From: Nanobdellota archaeon
GTDB lineage: Archaea > Nanobdellota > Nanobdellia > Pacearchaeales > GW2011-AR1
Direction of reading: 5' to 3'
Length of the DNA stretch: 64,000 nt
Assembly (NCBI GenBank): GCA_038045705.1
Contig: JBBSXO010000001.1
Coordinates: 111,669-175,668, forward strand
The notes beneath the pieces are model-generated. The model saw only the letters and a program-made list of their open reading frames with translations. It ran no database searches and was not told the DNA's origin. A program made the translations under genes and the position numbers. Each line of letters begins with the position of its first letter. Position 1 is the stretch's first letter. Below, piece after piece: positions 40,220 to 48,452 of the stretch.

Positions 40220-40807
40220 TTAAGCATTCTTTTCCCAAGCTTTACGCACAACAGACTTGATTAATAAGAAAACTAATAAAATTAGAATAATAACCCCAAT
40301 AACTTTTTGCATATTCCCAAAAATATCTAAATATTGTAAAGCAGTATTTCCAAAGAACCAACCAATCGCTACAAAAATTATGAGCCAAATAATAATTATT
40401 GGAATCTCATAGATCATAAACTTTCGATAAGGCATTCCAAGTCTGCTAAGATGTACAATAGCAAACAATCTAAAGAAATAAAAGAATCTCGTAATAAATA
40501 AGGCAAAAAACATATTGTTGGAAGCAATTTTATTGACATGATGCATAAATCTATGGTATTTTGTATGCATTTTTCCATGAATCTTTTTCTCTCGAAATGC
40601 GGTCTTTCCAACAACAAACCACAATAAATCAGACAAGAAAGTACCAATAAAACCAAAAACAAACAAAATCCATAAAGACAACATTCCAAGCCCAGAAACA
40701 AATCCTAAAATAACAACAACTTCCTCACCAAATATAAGAGTAGATAAGAGTGTAGTCAAAACAGGAAAGTCTACCAATAATATGCTAATAAGTGCCTGAA
40801 TATCCAT
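40220..40807 (-). CDS. DedA/VTT-like membrane protein
   Basis: GTFLSDLLWFVVGK and FITRFFYFFR; multi-TM. Confidence 0.8.
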   Translation of the reverse strand: MDIQALISILLVDFPVLTTLLSTLIFGEEVVVILGFVSGLGMLSLWILFVFGFIGTFLSDLLWFVVGKTAFREKKIHGKMHTKYHRFMHHVNKIASNNMFFALFITRFFYFFRLFAIVHLSRLGMPYRKFMIYEIPIIIIWLIIFVAIGWFFGNTALQYLDIFGNMQKVIGVIILILLVFLLIKSVVRKAWEKNA

Positions 40808-40856
40808 TATAGAATAAAAATAACTTTATTTAAAATCTATTCTAAGAGCATTCTAA

Positions 40857-41141
40857 CTATTTTTGAGTCAAACGTCTTGTAATTTCTTGCCTTACTGTAG
40901 TCTCTTCTTCAGGAGAAAACCCATTAAATGTCAAATTTGAGTGCTGGTAATTTCTATCAAACAAAGTATCTATTAATAATTTAGGACTCTGCCCAGAATG
41001 TAAATTTCTTGTATATGACTCTTTTAGAGACTTATTTTCATCTCTTTTCTCTAAACTTACTCCGAAAAATGGTCCTGTCATACTTCCATCTTCCCAGTTA
41101 ACTCCCCAATCTTCTCTTCTAAATATAGCATATTCTACCAT
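40857..41141 (-). CDS. Hypothetical small protein, paralogue of 39886..40161
   Basis: Same shared blocks as its paralogue at 39886..40161. Confidence 0.75.
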   Translation of the reverse strand: MVEYAIFRREDWGVNWEDGSMTGPFFGVSLEKRDENKSLKESYTRNLHSGQSPKLLIDTLFDRNYQHSNLTFNGFSPEEETTVRQEITRRLTQK

Positions 41142-41143
41142 GT

Positions 41144-41181
41144 TATAACTACTACAAAGTAACTATTTAAATCTTTCGATT
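41144..41181 (-). promoter_or_regulatory. 38-bp conserved upstream element, copy 2
   Basis: TATAACTACTACAAAGTAACTATTTAAATCTTTCGATT (+ strand). Confidence 0.75.
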
Positions 41182-41250
41182 TATTTAAGTTATCATTCTA
41201 AATAGTATTTGGTGGTAAAACTATAAAACACATCATTTCATTCTCCAATC

Positions 41251-41853
41251 ATGAGAGGATTCATCTACTATTCAAGAACAGCTCCAACAGCAGGACATCA
41301 GATAAAAGAAGATCTAATGAAGTCTGGAAGACTAGATATAGCAATTCATTCAGTAATAGCTGCTTTCTTTCTTAGTCATAAAATGAGAACAGATGTAACG
41401 CTACATCTAGTTTTTGCAGGACCTCCTGATCCAGTTAAACATCTTGAATTAAAACCAGTTACAGTAGGTGTGACAGGCGTAGACAAAATATATCTTAGTA
41501 AAAAGAATGTTCAAGACACTATCAAGAAAATGCTTTACAAGTATAAGCAAGGTATGAAAAACGAAGTATTTCCAGGTTATTGGATTGAGAAAAAGAATTT
41601 TATGGAATTAGTTAATGAAATCAAAGATAATGGTCAAGAACTCTATGTACTTGATCCTGATGGAGAAGACATTAGAACAGTAGATATAAGGCCTAATCCT
41701 GTTTTTATTCTAGGAGACCATCGCGGATTACCAGATAAGGAATATAAGAGGCTAAAAAAGTTAGCAACTCCAGTTTCGATCGGAAATAAAGAATATTTTG
41801 CATCACATACAATAGCAATTGTTAACAACGAATTAGATAGAAGAGGAATTTAG
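41251..41853 (+). CDS. trmY: tRNA (pseudouridine54-N1)-methyltransferase (SPOUT)
   Basis: SGRLDIA, AFFLSH..RTDV, FILGDHRG, SIG...YFASHTIAIVNNELD. Confidence 0.88.
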   Translation: MRGFIYYSRTAPTAGHQIKEDLMKSGRLDIAIHSVIAAFFLSHKMRTDVTLHLVFAGPPDPVKHLELKPVTVGVTGVDKIYLSKKNVQDTIKKMLYKYKQGMKNEVFPGYWIEKKNFMELVNEIKDNGQELYVLDPDGEDIRTVDIRPNPVFILGDHRGLPDKEYKRLKKLATPVSIGNKEYFASHTIAIVNNELDRRGI

Positions 41854-41906
41854 TATTGCAACTAGCATAGAGTAAAATACTTAAGTAAGATTAAATATTT
41901 ACTAAA

Positions 41907-42281
41907 GTGAAACTTAATAGAAATTCTTATGGGTATAGGGGTGGGATAATAGCCTTCTATATTTCAATAGTCAGCTTATCATTAATGTTCTTTGTTAATT
42001 TTAACAATATACTGTTCAAAATAGATCAAACTATTATTAATCTCTTATCTCCAATAGTGCTAGTTTTGTCATTGACTCAATATGTAGCTCTAATTTTTGG
42101 TTTTGGGGTTGGATTAGGCGCGACAAGCCATTCAGAGTTAATTACTGGAATTATTATTGGTTATTTTCTCTCATTAATTGTCAGCGTATTAACCGGAATG
42201 TTAATTGGTGTTATTTATGGTAAAATAAAAAATTATTTTAGAAAAGATTCGGTGCCAAATAAGGAAGTTAAGATAAATTAA
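41907..42281 (+). CDS. Hypothetical membrane protein
   Basis: Three hydrophobic segments. Confidence 0.55.
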   Translation: MKLNRNSYGYRGGIIAFYISIVSLSLMFFVNFNNILFKIDQTIINLLSPIVLVLSLTQYVALIFGFGVGLGATSHSELITGIIIGYFLSLIVSVLTGMLIGVIYGKIKNYFRKDSVPNKEVKIN

Positions 42282-42343
42282 TCTAATTAATAACTACATC
42301 AAAACACAATAATGATTAAAAAGTCTTGTCAAAAGATTCTAGC

Positions 42344-43123
42344 ATGGTTAAGGGTCTAGCAGTCAGATTAAAGTCTTATGGTGAAACAATTCCAAAGGTC
42401 CTAAATCTAATAAAATTATCTGATGAATTGAAAAAGCATAAAAATATTATAATAAAAATCCATCTTATCCCAGGCCATCCTGAAAATTCAACAAAAATAG
42501 AATTTTTAGAACCATTAATCCAATTTTGTGTAACTAATAAGAATCCTGGTTCGGATATAATCCTGGCAGAAGGATGTGATGGTGCAGAAACAAGAGATCT
42601 ATTTGATGAAGGAGGATTTACTAGACTGGCTGAAAAATACAGCATAGGTCTTATAGACTTAAATGAGTCTTCTTCAGTTGAGGTTCAGAATCCAGAGTTC
42701 TTGAGATTTAAATCAATACATTATCCAGACCTATTATTAAACAGCTTTATAATCACTGCAACCCCTGCAAGACAACATCCAGATCTTGTTTTTTCTGCAT
42801 CCTTAGACACAATGTTAGGTGCTTTTCCAGGTTACAAATATAGAGGATTCTTTTCAAATATGAAGAAAAAATTAAGAGAACATCCAACAAAATATCAGAT
42901 TCATGATATATTAAAGTGTAAAATGCCAGATCTAGCAATAATAGATGCTGGTGAAAAAGGTTTTTTGATCACTGGAAAACCTTTAGATATGGATAAACAG
43001 GCAACAAAACTATTTGGTCTAGATTGGAATAACGTTCCCCATATAAGACTAGTTGATGAAAGTTTCTCACAAGTTCCTAAAGAGGAAGGTGTTGAGAAGT
43101 TAATTGGTAAAACAGCACAATAG
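42344..43123 (+). CDS. DUF362-like protein
   Basis: ILAEG, GFTRLAEKY..IGLIDLNE and PDLAIIDA pattern. Confidence 0.65.
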   Translation: MVKGLAVRLKSYGETIPKVLNLIKLSDELKKHKNIIIKIHLIPGHPENSTKIEFLEPLIQFCVTNKNPGSDIILAEGCDGAETRDLFDEGGFTRLAEKYSIGLIDLNESSSVEVQNPEFLRFKSIHYPDLLLNSFIITATPARQHPDLVFSASLDTMLGAFPGYKYRGFFSNMKKKLREHPTKYQIHDILKCKMPDLAIIDAGEKGFLITGKPLDMDKQATKLFGLDWNNVPHIRLVDESFSQVPKEEGVEKLIGKTAQ

Positions 43124-43151
43124 TTATTAACTAATAAAACCGGATAAAATC

Positions 43152-43427
43152 ATGAAAAAGAGTGTAAGGATAACTATTCAAGGCTCAGTACAACCAGTTT
43201 TCTTTAACAGATTCATAAAAGAAAACGCTGAAAAGTTAGGTATAAAAGGATTTATCAGAAACAAAGGAGACGGAATAATTGAAATGTTTATAGAAGGTAA
43301 CATGAATGAAGTAAACGCAATGATTCTTACCTGTAAGACAGGACCTCAACACACAATGATTAGAAGCACTGAAGAAAAAGAAGAAAAATTTCAAGGCTTC
43401 AAAGATTTCAAGATAATGGACTTCTAA
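43152..43427 (+). CDS. Acylphosphatase-like protein
   Basis: GSVQPVFFNR, GIKGFIRN, GP, F..F.I fold signature; active site divergent. Confidence 0.8.
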   Translation: MKKSVRITIQGSVQPVFFNRFIKENAEKLGIKGFIRNKGDGIIEMFIEGNMNEVNAMILTCKTGPQHTMIRSTEEKEEKFQGFKDFKIMDF

Positions 43428-43433
43428 AACTAA

Positions 43434-43511
43434 TTAGATTTTTTCCTCATCCTCTTCTTCTTCCTCTTCCTCGTCTTCTTCAAAGTCGTCTTCTTCGAAT
43501 TCTTTCACCAT
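43434..43511 (-). CDS. Putative 25-aa poly-acidic microprotein (not in the ORF track)
   Basis: Translates to MVKEFEEDDFEEDEEEEEEEDEEKI*; TATA-like ATTTAAATA about 25 nt upstream. Confidence 0.55.
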   Translation of the reverse strand: MVKEFEEDDFEEDEEEEEEEDEEKI

Positions 43512-43602
43512 ATTTCAAATTCATATAAATACTATTTAAATTTTTCTGAGAAAGATTTCATGGCATCAAAACGCATATAAATCATGATAAACAAGCCTAT
43601 TT

Positions 43603-45090
43603 ATGGGTCGAGAAGAACTAATCATTCAAGAACGTCTAAAAAAACTGCATGCATTAAAAGCAAATGGGATAAATCCTTATCCCAATAAATTTGAGAGAAC
43701 TCATCTGGCTCAAGAACTAATTGATAAAAATAAATCTCTTAAAGCAGGTGCTAAATCCTCTCAAAAAGTTAAAGTTTCTGGAAGAATCATGAGTATCCGA
43801 GATTTTGGTAAAATTGCTTTTGTAGTTATACAAGATGATTCTACAAAGATACAGATAAACATACAGAAAGATGAAACGCCTGAAAAAATAAGAGAACTAT
43901 TCTCTAAATTAATTGATACGGGAGATTTTGTAGGCGTAGAAGGAACAATAATAAGAACAGATAGAGGAGAATTGTCTGTTTTGGCAAAAAACATTACTCT
44001 CTTGACAAAATCAATTTTACCACTTCCTGAAAAATGGCATGGACTGAAAAGTGATGAAGAACGTTTACGAAAAAGATATCTTGATATCTTAATGGATAAA
44101 GAAATAAAAAATATCTTTCTAAGAAAATCTAAGTTCTGGAACACAGTAAGAAACTGTTTAGTCGAAAGAGGATTTATTGAAGTTGAAACACCAGTATTAG
44201 AGACTTCAGCTGGAGGCGCAGCAGCTACACCTTTCAAGACACATCACAATGCTCTTAATATGGATGTATACCTAAGAATTTCAATGGGAGAGTTGTGGCA
44301 AAAAAAATTGATGGTTTCAGGTTTTGAGAAAACTTTTGAGATAGGTCGTCAGTTTAGAAATGAAGGAATGGACGCAGAACATTTGCAAGATTATACTCAA
44401 ATGGAATTCTATTGGGCATATGCAAACTATGAAGATGGAATGGAATTAGTAGAAAATATGTATAAAAAAGTTGCAAAAGAAGTTTACAACACAACAAAAT
44501 TTACAATAGAAGGTCACACTTTCGATTTAGACAAAAAATGGAAAAGGATAGATTATACAGACACAGTTAAAAAAGAGACTGGAATTGATATTTTCAAAGC
44601 AAGCAATAAAGAAATGGAATCAAAATTAAAAGAATTGAATGGGGTGTTAGAGCAAAACCAGTCAAAACAAAATTTAATAGACTCATTGTGGAAATTTTGT
44701 AGAAAGAAAATTAGCGGACCAGCATTTTTGATAGGTCACCCAGTAGAAGTTTCTCCATTGGCAAAAAGAGACCCAAAAGATGGAAGAAAAGTAGAACGTT
44801 TCCAAGTATTATTAGCTGGAAGTGAAGTTGGTAATGGTTATTCAGAGCTTAATGATCCTCTAGATCAAGAAGAGAGATTTATTGAACAGCAAAAAATGAA
44901 AGATGCAGGAGACAAAGAGGCTCAAGAACATGATCATGACTTTGTTGAAGCTTTAAAATACGGAATGCCTCCGACGTGTGGTTTCGGTGTGTCTGAAAGA
45001 CTTTTTGCATTCTTAGAAGGAAAACCAATTAGGGAAACGGTTATTTTCCCTCTAATGAAACCAACAAAATCGGATAATAAAAATGACTGA
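43603..45090 (+). CDS. lysS: Lysyl-tRNA synthetase, class II
   Basis: OB-fold N-terminus, LPLPEKWHGL, GGAAATPFKTHHNAL, FEIGRQFRNEG, NGYSELNDP, YGMPP. Confidence 0.96.
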   Translation: MGREELIIQERLKKLHALKANGINPYPNKFERTHLAQELIDKNKSLKAGAKSSQKVKVSGRIMSIRDFGKIAFVVIQDDSTKIQINIQKDETPEKIRELFSKLIDTGDFVGVEGTIIRTDRGELSVLAKNITLLTKSILPLPEKWHGLKSDEERLRKRYLDILMDKEIKNIFLRKSKFWNTVRNCLVERGFIEVETPVLETSAGGAAATPFKTHHNALNMDVYLRISMGELWQKKLMVSGFEKTFEIGRQFRNEGMDAEHLQDYTQMEFYWAYANYEDGMELVENMYKKVAKEVYNTTKFTIEGHTFDLDKKWKRIDYTDTVKKETGIDIFKASNKEMESKLKELNGVLEQNQSKQNLIDSLWKFCRKKISGPAFLIGHPVEVSPLAKRDPKDGRKVERFQVLLAGSEVGNGYSELNDPLDQEERFIEQQKMKDAGDKEAQEHDHDFVEALKYGMPPTCGFGVSERLFAFLEGKPIRETVIFPLMKPTKSDNKND

Positions 45091-45259
45091 AGAAATAGAC
45101 CTAATAATTAAAAGCAAAATTAAGTCCGCAGTTCCCGAACTTAGTGTAGCAGGAGAAGTTCCAGATGCTCTAAACAAAAAAGTTCTCAAAATGTTACAAG
45201 ATGCATCAGAAAGAGCAAAAGCAAATGGCAGACGAACTCTTCAAGCCAGAGATTTGTAG
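45083..45259 (+). CDS. Short histone-fold protein (not in the ORF track)
   Basis: MTEEIDLIIKSKIKSAVPELSVAGEVPDALNKKVLKMLQDASERAKANGRRTLQARDL*; histone RxTxxxxD motif. Confidence 0.85.
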   Translation: MTEEIDLIIKSKIKSAVPELSVAGEVPDALNKKVLKMLQDASERAKANGRRTLQARDL

Positions 45260-45263
45260 GAAA

Positions 45264-45614
45264 TTATTTAGTCAATACTTTTTCCTGAATGTATATTCCT
45301 ATATTGTAGAGATCTCGATGATAAAATTCTAATCCTGCTTCACTAGCATTAGACTGTGACCAAGAACTTGAGTATCCAATCATTTTTAACTTTGGTATTA
45401 TAACCTTTAGTTCTCTTGCCGTTTGTAGTCCATTCATACAACCCATATTAAAATCAATAACTGCCAAATCATATTCTTTTTCTTTTGCTTTTTTAATAGC
45501 CTCCTCACCACTATCAATTACATCTATTCTAACATCTCCTCCAAGCATTTGGTCTAGCTTTTGCTTAATATGACATGGATTTGCATCTTCTATCACTAAA
45601 ACATCTAATTTCAT
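45264..45614 (-). CDS. Stand-alone response-regulator receiver (CheY-like)
   Basis: VLVIED, SGEEAI, YDLAVIDFNMGCMNGL. Confidence 0.82.
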   Translation of the reverse strand: MKLDVLVIEDANPCHIKQKLDQMLGGDVRIDVIDSGEEAIKKAKEKEYDLAVIDFNMGCMNGLQTARELKVIIPKLKMIGYSSSWSQSNASEAGLEFYHRDLYNIGIYIQEKVLTK

Positions 45615-45727
45615 AAAAAAGCGCAAGTTTGATCTTATTTAAATCTATCGAGAGGAAATATTAATCGGATAACACATTAGAATTAACTGTGTGTGCTTCC
45701 TCATGACATATGTCTTGTGGACAGACA

Positions 45728-46273
45728 CTAATTAGAAGCAATCGTTCTTCTTCTATTATTCGGTTCTTTCTTGTGAGCCATTGGATCTTTTGGAACATGT
45801 TTCTGTGCCCTCGCCTGTTGTTCAGCCATTTTTTCATTAGTAATTGCAGCAGATTTTTCTTTCTCGCTTTCGTCTTTCTTTTGTTCTTCAGTTTTTTCCT
45901 CTTTCTTAACTTCAGGAGCAGTCACTTTTCTATCTATTTTCATATATCTTCTTGAATGTCTTTCTCTAGCAAACTTAACACGTTCAGGGTCAGTAACAAA
46001 AGTCACATGAACGACATCTCCAGTCTTGACAGCTTTAACAGTAACTCTTGCAGGAGGAGTAGAAGAACCTCTATACCAGACTTCATTATTCAAGTAACTA
46101 TCAATCTTAACTTTGTCAAGGTCTCTATTGTGAACTTTCATATGTTTAGCAATAAACTCTTTAATTGCCTTTACAGCCTTAGCAGTTCTTTTATAAGAAG
46201 GCACTTTAGTCCATTCCCTTCTAAGTGGAATTGTATATTCTCTTTCAAGTTTGTTCGTTTGTTTTTCAGCCAT
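45728..46273 (-). CDS. rpl31e: 50S ribosomal protein L31e with long charged C-terminal extension
   Basis: EREYTIPLR, KRTAKAVKAIKEFIAKHMK, VKID..LN..VW.RG...PP. Confidence 0.92.
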   Translation of the reverse strand: MAEKQTNKLEREYTIPLRREWTKVPSYKRTAKAVKAIKEFIAKHMKVHNRDLDKVKIDSYLNNEVWYRGSSTPPARVTVKAVKTGDVVHVTFVTDPERVKFARERHSRRYMKIDRKVTAPEVKKEEKTEEQKKDESEKEKSAAITNEKMAEQQARAQKHVPKDPMAHKKEPNNRRRTIASN

Positions 46274-46274
46274 T

Positions 46275-46649
46275 TTAATTATCTACCTCCAAAGGTTCCG
46301 GCATTGATTCCCAAGAGTTATAGGGCTTACCATGTTCAATTAAATCATCAGGGTGAGTTTCTAATCTAAGATTTCTTCTCTTAAGCAATAGTTCGACATC
46401 CTGTCTTGCTAACTCGGGATTTCCTGAAAAATCGTTAATTAATAAAGTTCCATCCATTCCATTAAACTGCACATTAAAAGCATCCATACTTCCAAAACTG
46501 TCTAAATTATTATACCTATTATGTTTATAAAGTTTAGAGTCTCTAATTACTTTCAATGCTTTTATAGAAAGAGTTCTAGGGTTTTCATCTTTCACTTGAT
46601 AACCAGCCATAGGTACTATTTCAAAAAGTGTAGAATTTATAGAGATCAT
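46275..46649 (-). CDS. Hypothetical protein inserted between L39e and L31e
   Basis: 124-aa ORF tightly packed between the two r-protein genes. Confidence 0.65.
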   Translation of the reverse strand: MISINSTLFEIVPMAGYQVKDENPRTLSIKALKVIRDSKLYKHNRYNNLDSFGSMDAFNVQFNGMDGTLLINDFSGNPELARQDVELLLKRRNLRLETHPDDLIEHGKPYNSWESMPEPLEVDN

Positions 46650-46652
46650 ATT

Positions 46653-46850
46653 TTATCCTAGATGTTTCTTAGTCGCTCTACGCGGCTTAATCTTCAATTT
46701 AGTTCTTCTCCAGCTTCTACGAATCTTTGTCATCGCAGATGGATGTACTCTTTTACCTTTTCCAAATCTGCGAACAACTGCCCAAACTGGAGCCCACTTA
46801 GTTCTTTTAGTGTATGTTCCTAAAACTATTTTTTTATGATACTCAGTCAT
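46653..46850 (-). CDS. rpl39e: 50S ribosomal protein L39e (divergent)
   Basis: KKIVL...APVWAV...HP...RRSWRRTKLK; conserved position near S19e and L31e. Confidence 0.82.
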   Translation of the reverse strand: MTEYHKKIVLGTYTKRTKWAPVWAVVRRFGKGKRVHPSAMTKIRRSWRRTKLKIKPRRATKKHLG

Positions 46851-46851
46851 T

Positions 46852-47259
46852 TTACTTAATTCCCTCAAGGAGACTCTTACCTTTTTCAGTAAGCATTCTT
46901 CCTTTAACCTTGCCTTCAGATTTTATAACTAATTGGGCAGATTCAGCTTGCTGTAAAATCATTCTTAAAATCTTTCCGCTCGATTTAGCAAATCTTGCAG
47001 GTTGCTTTCCTCTATCCTTACGATTTCCATATCTTGATCTTAATCTCTGAACACCTACAGTGCCACGTAAATAAATTTGTCTTAAAATGCTTGCAGTTCT
47101 ATTATGCCAGAAATTTTCATCTTCAATAGGTCTTTGTTTACCTCTTCCACTTTTGACAAAAGAAACCCATTCAGGAGCCTTAAACTCCTCATACTCTTTC
47201 AACGCATCAGCTAACAAATGATTATATTTTCCAGCTTGAATAGTTTTAACAGCACTCAT
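46852..47259 (-). CDS. rps19e: 30S ribosomal protein S19e
   Basis: PEWVSFVKSG, FWHNRTASILRQIY, SGKILRMILQQAE, GRMLTEKG. Confidence 0.94.
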   Translation of the reverse strand: MSAVKTIQAGKYNHLLADALKEYEEFKAPEWVSFVKSGRGKQRPIEDENFWHNRTASILRQIYLRGTVGVQRLRSRYGNRKDRGKQPARFAKSSGKILRMILQQAESAQLVIKSEGKVKGRMLTEKGKSLLEGIK

Positions 47260-47324
47260 GAATTCTACTAAAAAAGACGCTTTATAAAACTTCCCAAAAG
47301 TAAATGTTTTTGAATTCAAACCAA

Positions 47325-47570
47325 TTAATTTTTGGTACTTCTTTTCATAAGAATTATAGTAAATCCTATTACTCTGTAATTGTACTTGCCAGGAAGCTCG
47401 CTAATAAGAGTTTGAGCAACTTCTTCAATTTTAGATCTATCAGAAATCGCGCTTTTTAATAGTTGAACTTTAACCACTCTTCTAGTTTTAAAAGCACTAG
47501 CTAAATGTTCAATTCCAGTTTTAGTTAAACCATTTTTACCAATTTGAAATACAAGTGTTCCAGGTTTCAT
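47325..47570 (-). CDS. YhbY/CRM-domain RNA-binding protein
   Basis: FQIGKNGLT, VVKV and VIGFTIIL; typically precedes S19e in archaea. Confidence 0.85.
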   Translation of the reverse strand: MKPGTLVFQIGKNGLTKTGIEHLASAFKTRRVVKVQLLKSAISDRSKIEEVAQTLISELPGKYNYRVIGFTIILMKRSTKN

Positions 47571-48139
47571 TTTACAAACTTAACGCCTCCAGCAGGCAAA
47601 GCAGAAAGCAATTGCTCCTTATTTAAGTCTTTAATTTCATTAACTTTAGACTTTATCTCAATTGCTTTGTCAATTTTTCCAGGAATAACAAAAACAATTA
47701 TTTCGCTATCAGAAACAGATTCTTCAGGAACCGCTCTAACTACCCCATTTTGCAAAGCAATTGCAAGTTTCAAATCAACTGTAAAATTTTTAACTTGTCC
47801 TTTCACAGACCAAGTTCCTTCTTTCATTTCAGTATCCTTACTAAGTTGAGACAATTTGAAAGAGTGAACAATGGTTGATTTCTTCCCATCTTTCCAGGCT
47901 CTAGAAAAACACCCAGTAAAAATAGCACATTCAAGTAAATCTTGTTTAGAAACAGCATTTACAGGAGCAACAATTACACAAAAAGGGCTACCAGGATGTT
48001 TAGTATGCATCACAATAAGTTCTTTTCTCATATTCTTTAAGTCATTAAGAAGAGTGTCATTGCTTTCAGCACTCTTTCCTCCAACAACAAGTTTTCCAGA
48101 CTTAGTAAAAAACCATTTGTATTTTTTATAATCTATCAT
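47567..48139 (-). CDS. NFACT RNA-binding-domain protein
   Basis: KYKWFFTKSGKLVVGGKSAESND, HPGSPF, FSRAWK. Confidence 0.85.
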   Translation of the reverse strand: MIDYKKYKWFFTKSGKLVVGGKSAESNDTLLNDLKNMRKELIVMHTKHPGSPFCVIVAPVNAVSKQDLLECAIFTGCFSRAWKDGKKSTIVHSFKLSQLSKDTEMKEGTWSVKGQVKNFTVDLKLAIALQNGVVRAVPEESVSDSEIIVFVIPGKIDKAIEIKSKVNEIKDLNKEQLLSALPAGGVKFVK

Positions 48140-48203
48140 ATAACTAAAACATTCTATTTGCTTTTAATCCTTTGGAAAAATTTTAAATACATTATATCTA
48201 TGA

Positions 48204-48452
48204 ATGTTTATGTCTCCAAAAAATAATTCAGACCCTTTAAAAGATTATGATGACTCACAGAGAGCAAATAGAGTTCTAAGAGACTATAGTTTAGATATAA
48301 TGGCTTTAGGTATTCAAAGAGTAGCCTATAATCTCGTGAAATCTTGTAATAAAGCAGATGATTTGGAAATCAAATTAGATAGTCTTGTAACACTCACGAG
48401 GCAACGTAAAATATGGGAAAAAACTAATAGTATGAGGAAATTAGAACGTTAA
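48204..48452 (+). CDS. Hypothetical protein
   Basis: 82-aa ORF filling the intergenic space; TATA upstream. Confidence 0.5.
   Translation: MFMSPKNNSDPLKDYDDSQRANRVLRDYSLDIMALGIQRVAYNLVKSCNKADDLEIKLDSLVTLTRQRKIWEKTNSMRKLER

Noticed and set aside
45660..45690. dif-like Xer site (TAATCGGATAA-CACA-TTAGAATTAA)
   Set aside because: Spacer length and arm sequences do not fit the 11-6-11 pattern.
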